From assembly GCA_951406725.2 (NCBI GenBank), contig OX597815.1, forward strand, positions 114,886,001-114,950,000: DNA of 64,000 nucleotides. Direction: 5' to 3'. This DNA comes from Octopus vulgaris (Eukaryota). Position 1 is the stretch's first letter, and each line of letters begins with the position of its first letter. Below are positions 25,948 through 37,660 of this stretch, one piece after another. A program made the position numbers and the translations under genes. The notes under the pieces are model-generated. The model saw only the letters and a program-made list of their open reading frames with translations, was not told the origin of the DNA and did no database searches.

Positions 25948-26354
25948 CTGCAAAAATTATGAAAAGGATTAACCATTAATTTTTATAAGGGATACATGAA
26001 ACAATAGAAGATCTATAGTTTCATTTTATAAAGGATAAAATGAAACTATACAAGATCTAGAAAATGGCAGTAGCAGTCGAGGCGGCGCTGGCATCGGCCA
26101 CGATTCAGATTGTGCTTTTTACGTATCTCCAGTCCAGGGGTCCTGGCATCTGCCGGGTGCCAGTCATAGGATTGGTTCAATTTCGATTCCGATTTCAATT
26201 TTGATTTCACTTTCCCCAACAGGTCTTCGCAAGCAAGGTGCCTGTCGTCGGATGAGGTTCGATATCGACTTCGCTTGCCTCAACAGGTCTTTGTGTATCC
26301 AAGGTGTGTGTGTAAATATATATATGTACACACACACACACATATATATATATA

Positions 26355-26422
<68 letters not shown>

Positions 26423-26547
26423 GAGAAAAGATTAGAGATCTCTACAAATCAAATTTATATATATAAAAGATGGAGGTGGAAACAACACAAGTAAATTTAA
26501 GACATTTTAATTTAGGAAGAAATTGATAAAATGATTAAAAAAAATTT

Positions 26548-26591
<44 letters not shown>

Positions 26592-29500
26592 GAAATAATA
26601 CCGGTTTCAAATATTAATAAAAACATTTTGTATTTATCTTCTGTTTGGGGATTAGTCTGGTGTTTTTCTGTAAAGCCTTCTTTAAATATAGTTTGATTGT
26701 AAATAATTTAGTACAGAGTTTAAGGTGTTTAAGAGAAAGAGAGTGTAGTTGTCTATTGTCTAAAAAAGTCACATTGTCTAAAAAAGTTCCTCCTGCTGAG
26801 GGAGTGGCTTAAAAGCATTTATTAAATGGGTTTAATGTCCAGCTGTGTGTATGTGTGTGTACTGTGTTGAATGTGCTTTCAATATGTTTGGAATGTGACC
26901 AGCTGTGTGTTAATGGGTGGGTATGTTGTGATAAATATCTTGTTAAGAATTTTATTAAGGAATTAAGGTTTTCCTTCTCTTTGGTGTGTGTGGGTTTGAA
27001 CTGCTATGTTTTCTTTTGAGTCTCTCCAGCTGTGTGTGTATATGTATTTTTTCAATGTTTTCTTTCAAGTGCCTCCAGCTGTGTGTATTTTTTGGAGATA
27101 CTTTTTTGGTAAAAAAAATGCATCTTCCATGCCATCAAATATGGTAATTTTAGACATCAGTAAAGCTGAGACAGATGATATGAACCAATATGTAATTATA
27201 TTTCAAGTATAATGACTTGCTTTCCATCACTCCAGGGTCAATAAAATAAAGTACCACTTAAATACTTGGGTGATTGGTATCATCTAATCCCCACCCTTCA
27301 AAGTTGCTGGCATTGTGTCTAAATTAGAAACATTTTTTTCTAATAATAATTTTCTTATTGTGATAATTTAGTTCTGATTGAACAGATCTATCACCAAAAA
27401 CATTGCAGTCATGACCAACCTATCCTTTTAGTAATATCTTGGACTACATTATTTAATTGTATCCTTTGTTTTTAAAAGGTGATAAGGAAATTTGGACACT
27501 ATTTCTAGACGATCATGCAACAACATAAAAGGTCCGTTACAATAATTATGACTGAGAAAGTGGCTAATACAGTAGAGTGCTTGACTAACATTTAAATTCG
27601 GGTCTCTGCAATCTGAGTTCAAATTTTATTGGAGTCATCAAATCAACTTTCAGTCTTATATTGTTCAATAAAATAATCATTAGTCATATAATTCAATCAA
27701 TTGATATACCCATCTTCTAAAAAATTATCTTTGGCCAATAAAAAACATATTAATTTATATTGCAGTAATAAAATAGTCACAATTGAAGAGAATTGAATTC
27801 TTTGTTTTAGAATATTTAGTTTGAATTTCCATGTTTTTGAGTTCAGTTCTAACTAGTCATCTTTAATTTTCATATGTCTAAGATAAATAAAACAAGAACC
27901 ATAATATATCAGGTTCAGTTAAAGTAATAAAAGGAGCATTGGGCAAAGGCTAAAAATTTACACAAAGCCCCCCACACACAATATACATATATATATATGT
28001 ATGCATATACACATGTATGTATGTATGTACGTATGTATGTATGTATGTATATATATATATATATATATATATAATCTTATATTTGCTGAGAATACTATAG
28101 GAGTGACTCAAAGTCCTAGAGATTTATGCTACTGTTGTATTAATCTCAGTTAATGAAAGAGTTTGTATGTGTGTGTGTGTGTGTATGTGCATGTGTAAGC
28201 ACAGACATATTTGTGTAGTTCTGAAGTGCACTTCACAAAACATAGTTTTGGGTTCAGTATCACCATGTGGCATCTTATGCATGTATCTTCTACTATGGCT
28301 TTGGGTTGACCAATGTAACCAGTAAAAAATTTTTAAAAAACCTACACTATGTATTTAGCTGAGTTTAATCTCTGATAATTAACATCATCATATGTCACAT
28401 TCATGGATATACACATGCTAGAAGCATGTCCATGTATTCTATTGTAAGATTCATTAACTGTTAGCCCTTTAGCATTTAAACTGGCCATATCCAGTCCAAA
28501 TATTCGACCTGTTTTATGTTAAATTATCCAGATTTAGCCTCTCACACTTACCCTACAATGTCATCTTAAAAATAAACAATTACATCTTCAAAATCTCAAA
28601 GCTACAAGATAATCCATGGTTAATTCAAAACAAAGTAAATAAATAATCATTACATTTGACGGAGTAATCTGAATGCTAAAGGGTTAAGATTATCCATAGG
28701 ATTAAAGACATAATTTTCATTAAACATTTTTTTATATTTGTCATATTTGTAAAGCTCAATTTTATGATAGTATTGAGTTCCTCACTAGATATGCCATTAA
28801 TCCTTACCTGAATTTATTGGGTAAGGATTAATGACCGTAAAAGTCAATGTCCAGCGAGGCTTTCATCTAAGCCCACTACTCTTCATCATCATACTTGATG
28901 CTCAGTCATTTACACCAGTTTGGTTCAAGATGTAGAAAACAGAAAGATACTGTGATGGCAAACTTGACATTTGGAAACAGGATCTGGAATCAAAGGGATC
29001 TGGGGTAAATGGTAAAACAAAAAAAGTGTAAAACAAGATGTGTGGCCAGAAACCAGCATGTGGTTTATGTTTGTACCTTGAAAAGGTGTTGATTAGCCAT
29101 TTTATGGAAATTACCAAGTGAAGTTAAAGAGGTAAAGGGAAGAAGAGGTAAATTAGCAGCCCAGGTAAGCTGACAGAATTAGGAGGCAATCTTCAATTTA
29201 GATTAGATGTTCAGTAAAAATTTATCAAGTTGTGGTTGCTCAGCAGTAGTTGAAAAGACCCACCCCAAAAGCATTGCAGCCATCATTAATTGATCTTTTA
29301 TTAAGACATAGTTTATCCACTACATTATCCTATGTTTCTATTTTTAACCTGAGTGGATTTGGTTGCCATTTCTGACAGGTCAAGTAACTGTGGAGAGTCA
29401 CCTCATTGACATGTAAATCAAAAGTGTAAGCCAAAATTTTAAGCAAAAGCAACTAGTGGCAATAATAATTTGAAAGTTCTGTCTGTAATAAATTTAATCA

Positions 29501-30717
29501 GACTTTAGAAGAGAACCAATATAAAGCTAGGAGGAGTAGAATTAAACTTGTGACAGGTAATGCTATTCAATTTACTGAAAAGAAAACTATTCTGATGGCA
29601 AAGTATTGGACAAGACTTCTTGAGGAAGTTCTTTGCAATGGATGTCCTTCTGATGTCACTCCTTATTTTTCATGTTAAGTAATTTATTCCACTCCTTTGC
29701 ATATTTGACTGTATTAAATATTTCTATTTTTGGGGAGACAGAAACAATGAAATTGCTGCCAAAGTTGTGTCAATACTAAGATATGCAAAAACCCACCCCA
29801 CCCCCACAGAATGGGCTTCTGCATAGTTTCATATCAACAAATTTCACTCAGAAAGCATTGGTCTACCTGAGGCTGTTGTCCAAGACACTTGTCCAAGATG
29901 CTATGCAGTGGGATCAAACCTGAAAGTACATGGTTGCAACACAAACTTCTTGACCAAACAACCATGAGTACAGATAGTGTATATACGTTAAGTATAGGCT
30001 AGTATTATATTTTATTCAATTAGATGCTTGAATGTAGATGAATTCAACATGAAGAGATAAAGATGGATTGTCAATGCATGGATCTTAACTGGCTTGATAC
30101 CACCTGAGACTGTCTCTGGTTCTAATGCACAAAACATCTTCTTTGAAGTGTTCTTATTCAAGTTTAGACCTTTCATCATAATCTTCATGTTAGAACTTTT
30201 AGTTGTTTTAAACAGTAATTTAATAATGATTAAATTAGTTTTAAAACAAAATCTCTCCAAATTTTTATTACATTCAATATTAACTGAAACATATAGGCAT
30301 AATATTTCATTAGGAAAACAATCATAAAAGATTAAGTAAAGATAAATCAGGATTTAGCAGTGTAATTTCATGATTCTCTCAGCTACATTCTATTCATAGC
30401 ATTAGAGAGCAGAAGATTACTAAACCAGTTTTGTCAGGATCTGTAAGCAATTAAACAGCTTGTCAATAATCCAAATCAGACATACATTTCTACATTCATC
30501 AAGACACATTCCTATCCTGAGTACATAATTTACAGTACAGTAGACCGAAATAAGTTGAGTTAAGTACCTTTTGAAATGAACACAAGAGTAGAGTGTAAGT
30601 TTATGGCTAAATGCCCATGTCTCTGGACGTCTATCCACTTTATTATTGCCACTTTGAGAAATTATAACTAAATAAAACAAAATTTTTTAGCTTACACTGA
30701 ATTTCTTTTTTACTCAC

Positions 30718-30904
30718 CTAAAAAACCGTATTGCTTCATGCAAAGGTGCTGTTTCTTTCAACTTGTTGACAACATTTGGATTAATGCCATACTTAAGCAA
30801 CATCTCGACAATCGGTGCATATCCTCGTATCGAGGCCTCGACAAGGGCAAGGCTGTTACCTTTTAGTGCTTCTTTATCATGATCAAGGAGGGTAGAAACA
30901 GCAT
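30718..30904 (-). CDS. Exon F; DAVSTLLDHD...ALVEASIRGYAPIVEMLLKYGINPNVVNKLKETAPLHEAIRFF(R) (ankyrin repeats)
   Basis: Boundaries ttag|ATGCTG...TTTTAG|gtgag; 187 nt; phase 1 to 2. Open frame with ankyrin pattern. Confidence 0.93.
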
Positions 30905-33398
30905 CTAAAAATGGATTATCAAATCAAATGAAATATATCCAAATAATTATTAAAACTATTAAAATCCTTATTTATAAATTTATTAAAATCCTTAATTCAG
31001 TAATGGTTAGAAAACAGTTGATTAGAGAGAAATCCAAGCAAGAACACAAATAAGAGCATGACTAATAGTAATAGAGGAATGCCTATATTCAATATATAAG
31101 GATTTATTATATCAATGGGAGTTGAAGAAATCTTACATGATTTTAAGTAGACCAACAAGAAATCAATACTTAAGGTGTACTGTAATCATTAATACAACCA
31201 AATATATGATTATCCAAGTACTAATGACTAGTTAGTACTTGGATAATCATATGATAAGTAGATGGTTCCATCTTTGAAGTAACCTAATTAGTTATAAAGA
31301 CAGAACTAGTAATAACATATTATCTAAAGAATGGTATGAATGCTTCTAAATTCTTGCTAATTTTGAATCTTAACCAAAACAGGCAGTGAATGTATTCTTG
31401 TTCATGATCATGGAAATGTCAAATAGTACATAGTTTTTGTCCTGATAAGATATTTGATAATTAGTCTTGTAGTCTTTGTAATAACAAGAAAATGTTTGCA
31501 AGTGGTGTTAATTTTATAGGATGTACACAAGAGAAGTCAACCACATCTCTTTTGATTGCTGAACAGTTTTGATTGCATTCTCTCCCACCCACAAAAAGCA
31601 GAAACAGTGCTGATATTATCCCTCCCCTCCCCAGTTGAGAGGACTTTGTCTTGTCTAGCAAGTTACTTGGTAACCTCACAGGTGCTGGAGCCACAAAAAA
31701 GCATGCAGTACACACTGTAAAGTGATTGGTGTTAGGGAGGGCATCTAGCCACAGAAACCATGCCAAAACAGATGCTAGACCTTGGCTCAGCCCTCTGGTT
31801 TGCCAGTTCCAATCAAACTGCCCAACCCATGCCAGCATGGAGAATGGATGTTAAATGATGACGTTGATGATGATGCTGATGATGTTGATGATACATATCA
31901 AATATGCAAGTCAGTATTCAGTAACAACCTGACATCACCAGCCAACTAAATCTCTTTCTTAACTCTTCTAGAATTATTACAAGTTCCTGTATTCCTGACC
32001 TCAACCGCTTAATACTATCCTCTCCTAAAACTCACTTGCCTTTCCAACATTTCGCCTGCTAAACACATTTCCAAATCTAAATCTGCACCAAATGTTTTCC
32101 TTCCAGCTTTTAGCTGGAAATAATTTCAACTAAATATTCTTTTCTATTCTAGGCACAAGGCCCGAAATTTTTGGGGAGGGGGCCAGTTGAATAGATCGAC
32201 TTAATTTATTGACCCCCCCCCCCCCCAAAAAAAAGGGTGAAAGGTAAAGTCAACCTTGGTAGAATTTGAACTCAGAACATAGATGAAATGTCACTAAGCA
32301 TTTCACCCAGTGTGCTAACGTTTCTGCCAGCTCACTGCCTTAATTTCAACTAGATATTAATTGTACCAACTTCATTCAGATATCCCACAATACTTTCTAG
32401 AGATGCTAAAAATTAAAAGGCTTTGGGCATTTTCCCTTCTCTTTCTCTTACCAACTAACAAATAATAAACAATACAATACTTTACAGTATGATTGAAGAG
32501 TGGTTTGTAACTGTGTAAGGGTAGTTTTTAACAATACAGAATGTCTATTATCCATATGAACCGACCAGAAGGTCTCTACTAGTTATGCAACCAGTTAATA
32601 ATAGCAGCCAAGCTATGACCATGCAATCAGCTAATAGCAGCTAAATCTTCTTCATATCACACCCTTCTCTCTAAAAAAAAAAACCCCGACACATTGAATA
32701 GTTTTGTTTGTAATTATATCATCATCATCATCATCATCATCATCATTTAACGTCTGCTTTCCATGCTAGCATGGGTTGGACGATTTGACTGAGGGCTGGT
32801 GAACCAGATGGCTGCACCAGGCTTCAATCTTGATCTGGCAGAGTTTCTACAGCTGGATGCCTTTCCTAACGCCAACCACTCCGAGAGTGTAGTAGGTGCT
32901 TTTATGTGCCACTGGCACGGGGACCAGTCAGGCAGTACTGGCAATGATCTCACTTGAATCTTTTTACACATGCCACCGGCACAGGTGCCAGTAAGGCGAT
33001 GCTGGTAACGATCATGCTCAAATGGTGCCTTTTACGTGCCACTGGCACGGAAGCAAGTTAGCTGCTCTGGCAACGATCACACTCGGATGGTGCTCTTAGC
33101 CCCCTACTAGCACGGGGCTCAAGTGCCAGTAAGGCGACGCTGGTAATGCAAATAAATATAAAAGGTAAGATAGCCATGGGTGGAGTATTGTGATCACAGG
33201 TTTGCTAATACAAGTTGCCCCGGGTCATATGCAACAATGCAACAATCATTACCCATGCTAATCCTTTTCAGTTAGCTCTATTATTGTCTCTCCTGCAAGA
33301 TAACTAAAAGAGATTATGGCCATTGCACTGCCTCCATTCAGACTAACAAATAAACAAAAAGCTTTAACAAGGATGTAATCTAGAAGTGTATCACTTAC

Positions 33399-33474
33399 CT
33401 TTCTTATTATACATAGCTGCTACATCTAGAGGAGTTGCTGAAACTTTATTAACCATCTGTATATTTGCTCCAGC
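33399..33474 (-). CDS. Exon E; AGANIQMVNKVSATPLDVAAMYNKK (ankyrin repeat)
   Basis: Boundaries ttag|GCTGGA...AGAAAG|gtaag; 76 nt; phase 0 to 1. TPLDVAAMY resembles ANKS1 TPLDLAALY. Confidence 0.93.
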
Positions 33475-33704
33475 CTAAAATACATTGAAAAAGTGCATTT
33501 AAAAAAAAAAGGTTTTTAGTTCAAATTTCAAGATAAATGAGAGAATATTGATTTCTAGTACAAACACAAGACTACACATTTTAGGAGAATGAAACCAACT
33601 TAGGTACTTGAGTTGTGTTTATTTTAACATCCCAGAAAGATGAATCTTAGTGGGATAGTTAGTTGGGTAATATTATAAATTCTTTGTGTTACAAATATAT
33701 ATAG

Positions 33705-34098
33705 GCATAGGAGTGGCTGTGTGGTAAGCAGCTTGCTTACGAACCACATGGTTCCGTGTTTAGTCCCACTGCAAGTGTCTTCTAATATAGCCTCAGGCCA
33801 ACCAAAGCCTTGTGAGTGGATCTGGTAGATGGAAACTGAAAGAAGCTCGTCATATATATGTATATATATATATATATGTATGTGTCTGTATGTTTGTGTG
33901 TCTGTGTTTGTCCCCCCCCCCCCAACATCGCTTGACAACCAATGCTGGTGTGTTTATGTCCCTGTAACTTAGCTGTTCAGCAAAAGAGACTGATAAGTAC
34001 TAGGCTTACAAAGAATAAGTCCAAGAGTCAATTTGCTCAACTAAAGGCGTGCTCCAGCATGGCCACAGTCACATGACTGAAACAAGTAAAAGAGTAAG
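33705..34098 (+). mobile_element. tRNA-derived SINE family B, near full length (octopus OR-like; other copies about 22946-23200, 35445-35820, 37935-38200, 41595-42003 (-), 48325-48695 (-), 56262-56640 (-), 62135-62695)
   Basis: A box GTGGCTGTGTGGTAAG; B-box-like TT(C/T)AGTCCC; internal TA/TG repeat; tail GACTGAAACAAGTAAAAGA. Confidence 0.88.
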
Positions 34099-36181
34099 AT
34101 TTAATAATGATACTGTAGTGGTGATCTGAAACCTAACTGCCAGATACTTGGTCAGACATCATGAGTGAACCATTACAGTTTCATGTGATGGATCAGTGTA
34201 AGGTTGTGGTGTGATGTGGTTTTCATGAATGCTCAACAATTTAACCTCTTGTACCCACAAAAAACTGTTTTTAGCACTCAATTCACTTCAGAGCATTGAA
34301 GGTAGCTGACTGATTCACATGCCTTCTCTTTTGCCATGCAGATGGTTCTGGACATTTGTGCAGACAACTTCAGCTTCTCAGACAGACTGTCTGTCCTGAA
34401 CATTCACACAATGTCACATAAGGAACTTCTATGGATGCAGCATAGTTTTTCTCTCTCCTATTTGGCAGTTTTAGATATTGTTCATTGTAAATAACCAACA
34501 CCAAATATCATTATATTCAGCAATAAATATCAAGTTAAATGTCCATAAGTTTGCTTCAGTTATTATTCGTACAGCCAACAATGACACCCATATGTACTCT
34601 ACACATTGTTAATAAAACCACCCAGCATACTCCTGAAGTGTGCCTTCATTGACCAACTCAAATGACATGCAGACCTCTCAACAATACTTATTATCATTAT
34701 TTCATATATCAACACAAGTCAAACATTTATAAGAATGAAGATAGTTGTTATGAAAGTGTGTTGGTAGTAATAAACATTGTTTTTGCGCAGCCCTAGATCA
34801 GTTCTAATCAGCAAAGCTAGGACACAGGTAGTTGACAAAATAACTAGGAGCAACCCACAGATTTGTTCTTGCTGATAAACTATGCCTCTGCCTAGCAGAG
34901 GGTCGAACATGTAATTTAAGAATATAGAGCGCAGTATAAAATCTTCAGCATGTTGTGTTCTCTCCATGTCCAGTCTATTTATATCTGTAAATTCTGCTGG
35001 TGACCTAAACAAAGGCTGGTGAGACAGTCTCTCTCAGATGCTATACCTCTTACTTATTGATGATAAAGTTGTGTGTTGGTTGTTATGAAGATGTGGCATG
35101 TTATGCTTCTGTAGTAATAACGTGTGTATTGTACATATGTTTGTAAAGGGGTAGGTGAATATTCTAATATGATATTGTAATGTCTTCCAAATTAGTTTCA
35201 GTGACAGCTTTAAATTAAACTGTGACTCAATGAAGAACATTAGCATATATTTTAAACTTCATTGTACTTAGAAACATTCAGTTAATATGGGTCATCAAAA
35301 TTCCATATTCCACAGATTGATGTAGAATTGCTGTATAAAATCTCAACATACTGTTGCCTGTTAATTTATGTTGGTTGAAGGCCTTCTTATCAATGCTGGA
35401 AAACTGAACTTCTTAACCATTCAACCACACTGCACCAGCAGAGAGGCAAGCATGGCTGTGAAGCTAAGAAGTTTGCTTTGTAACTATGTGGTTTTGGGTT
35501 CAGTCCCACTGTACAGCACTTTCAACATGTATTTTATTATAGCCCTAGATTGACCAATTTCTTGAGTGAATTTGGTCGACAGAAACTATGTGGAAGTTTT
35601 TCATATGTGTGTGTATGCATGCATGCATTTTTTGTCTGTCACACATCACTTACCAGACAACTTGTGTTGATTTGTATACATTCTCTTAACTAAGTAGTTT
35701 GGCAAAAAGAGACTGATAGAATAGATACCAAATGTAAAATATGTGCTGGATTCAATTTATTCAAATAAACCCTTCAATATAGCCACAGTTCAATGCCTGA
35801 AACAGGCTAAAGAAACAAAAGAAAAACATGGTTGCAGGCATGTTTGTGTGTGTGTGTGCTCACATGAATATTAATTTTCCACATCCCTGTCAGTTATCAT
35901 TTGAGTAAAACGATATGATGATTGTATTACTGTGAAATAAAAAAAAATCCCTTATTTGAAAAACAGGTAATGATTGGCATCAAGAAGAGCTTCTGGCTGT
36001 GAAACTCTGTCTCAAAAAATATGGTAAGATGAACTTTACATGAATGAACATACAAAGAAAAAAAAAAAAGAAAAAGCATACACTTTACATTCATTCGTTC
36101 AAGTGGTCATGTTTTTAGTAGAACGGATATGATATTACACGAATGCTTTATGAAAGATTGAAACAAATATGAAATAGCTAC

Positions 36182-36277
36182 CGTTAAAAGTTTCAGCATA
36201 ACTAAAACTCTGTTATCACAGTCACATTGGCAAGCAATATGGAGAGGTGTATTACCATCACTATTTTGTATGTTCAC
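36182..36277 (-). CDS. Exon D; VNIQNSDGNTPLHIACQCDCDNRVLVMLKLLT (ankyrin repeat)
   Basis: Boundaries gcag|GTGAAC...TTAACG|gtagc; 96 nt; phase 0 to 0. GNTPLHIA motif, also seen in ORF track 36107..36331. Confidence 0.93.
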
Positions 36278-36942
36278 CTGCAATTCAAAGAAATACATTG
36301 ATTTAGAAGATTGATACAAACACACACACATTTATAAGGAAAAGTAGAGGATTATTGACCCCCCCCCCAATTGTCTATAGTTTGTCTCAGTACCAATACC
36401 TAGCTCTTGGGTGCAGTTAGAAAATCGTCACAGCTGCAAATGCTTGAACCAGCTCTCTGGTCCAAGAATAACTCAATGCTTTGATGTATTGTTGCCTGTT
36501 GCATGTTTCCAAGTTTGATGCCAGTACTTGTTAGAGGGTACAGGTGGAAGTGGTTCTTCAGCTGAAGCTCTCTTCTGAATAAGACAGTAAACTAGCTCAG
36601 TAAATAACACTTCAACTGACTGTCCTATTTTCTGGCATGTGTGTCTGTGTCCAGGAGACAATTTATAGCGAACAAAGTAGTGGTGATACTATTTCTATAT
36701 GCAGTGGAATTGTGCCTGTGATCAGGTTAGAAATGTGTGATGGAAACTAATGATACTGTAAAGTATACATATACAAAACCGTTAAAGAATACAAAGTGAA
36801 TACAACTGCATAAGTCTGTTTTTAAATGTCTAACATGACTATTCTATGATGAAACTGTTAAATTATCAATGTTGAGGTGGTGTTTGAATTTGCTCTGTTA
36901 ATAAATCATTAATGAAAAAGATCTTTTAGTAAGGATACCTAC

Positions 36943-37018
36943 TTTACTTCCATTTTGCAGTAGAAGTTCCATCAAGTCAGCTCGGCCACAAAACACAGCC
37001 ATATGAAGAGCTGTATTT
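36943..37018 (-). CDS. Exon C; NTALHMAVFCGRADLMELLLQNGSK (ankyrin repeat)
   Basis: Boundaries ccag|AAATAC...AGTAAA|gtagg; 76 nt; phase 2 to 0. Ankyrin consensus TALH..A...G...LL..G. Confidence 0.93.
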
Positions 37019-37389
37019 CTGGAAGATAAAACAGTATTAAATATACATCAGAATCAAATGAAAGTCCTCTGGAGAAATACTGTATATTTCTAAATTATCA
37101 ACTGAAATTCTAGTGTCTCTAAGCAGATTGATACTCACACTGGTTTATTGATGGACATACACTTTCAAACACTCTATGGGAGATGATTACCAGAAGGAAG
37201 AGAAACAAAGTTGATAATTATAATTTCTTGCATTGGTTTATGGCCTTAGATTTATAAGGTAAGGGGTTCTGTTAATTAATTAATTAAATAATTAAGTGCC
37301 TGACTGGTATTTCATAACCATATTGTGATATAAACATAAACCAGAGTATATTAAAACAATCTGGCTACAATATTTAGAGACTGTGTCTG

Positions 37390-37660
37390 CCCAGGCTGAT
37401 AAGGGAGATCAAAGCAAACTATCTAGATTTAATTATGAAAGACAGGAACAAATATTTCAACTAATAAAGTAAAAGGACCTTAAAATGAAAATAAGCAAGA
37501 TATTGTGTGTAAAAGTTAAAACAGTAACAATAATAATTGCAGCACTAGGTTTGATAAAGAAAAATATTGACAAAAATATAAAAACCACATCATGGTGTAT
37601 AAACTCTACACAGTCAAAAATATAGTCCTGTTAAGTATAACCCTTGTCATATGCAAGAAA
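37390..37660 (+). mobile_element. Old degenerate REL-endonuclease LINE 3' fragment
   Basis: KVKTVTIIIAALGLIKK aligns with LKTETIPIIVGALGMIKK at about 1330-1383. Confidence 0.55.

Noticed and set aside
26590-27120. Possible Penelope GIY-YIG remnant with GAAACCGGTA (-) and repeated CCAGCTGTGTGT
   Set aside because: I could read no CTGAnGA partner and no convincing peptide motif; too degenerate to call.
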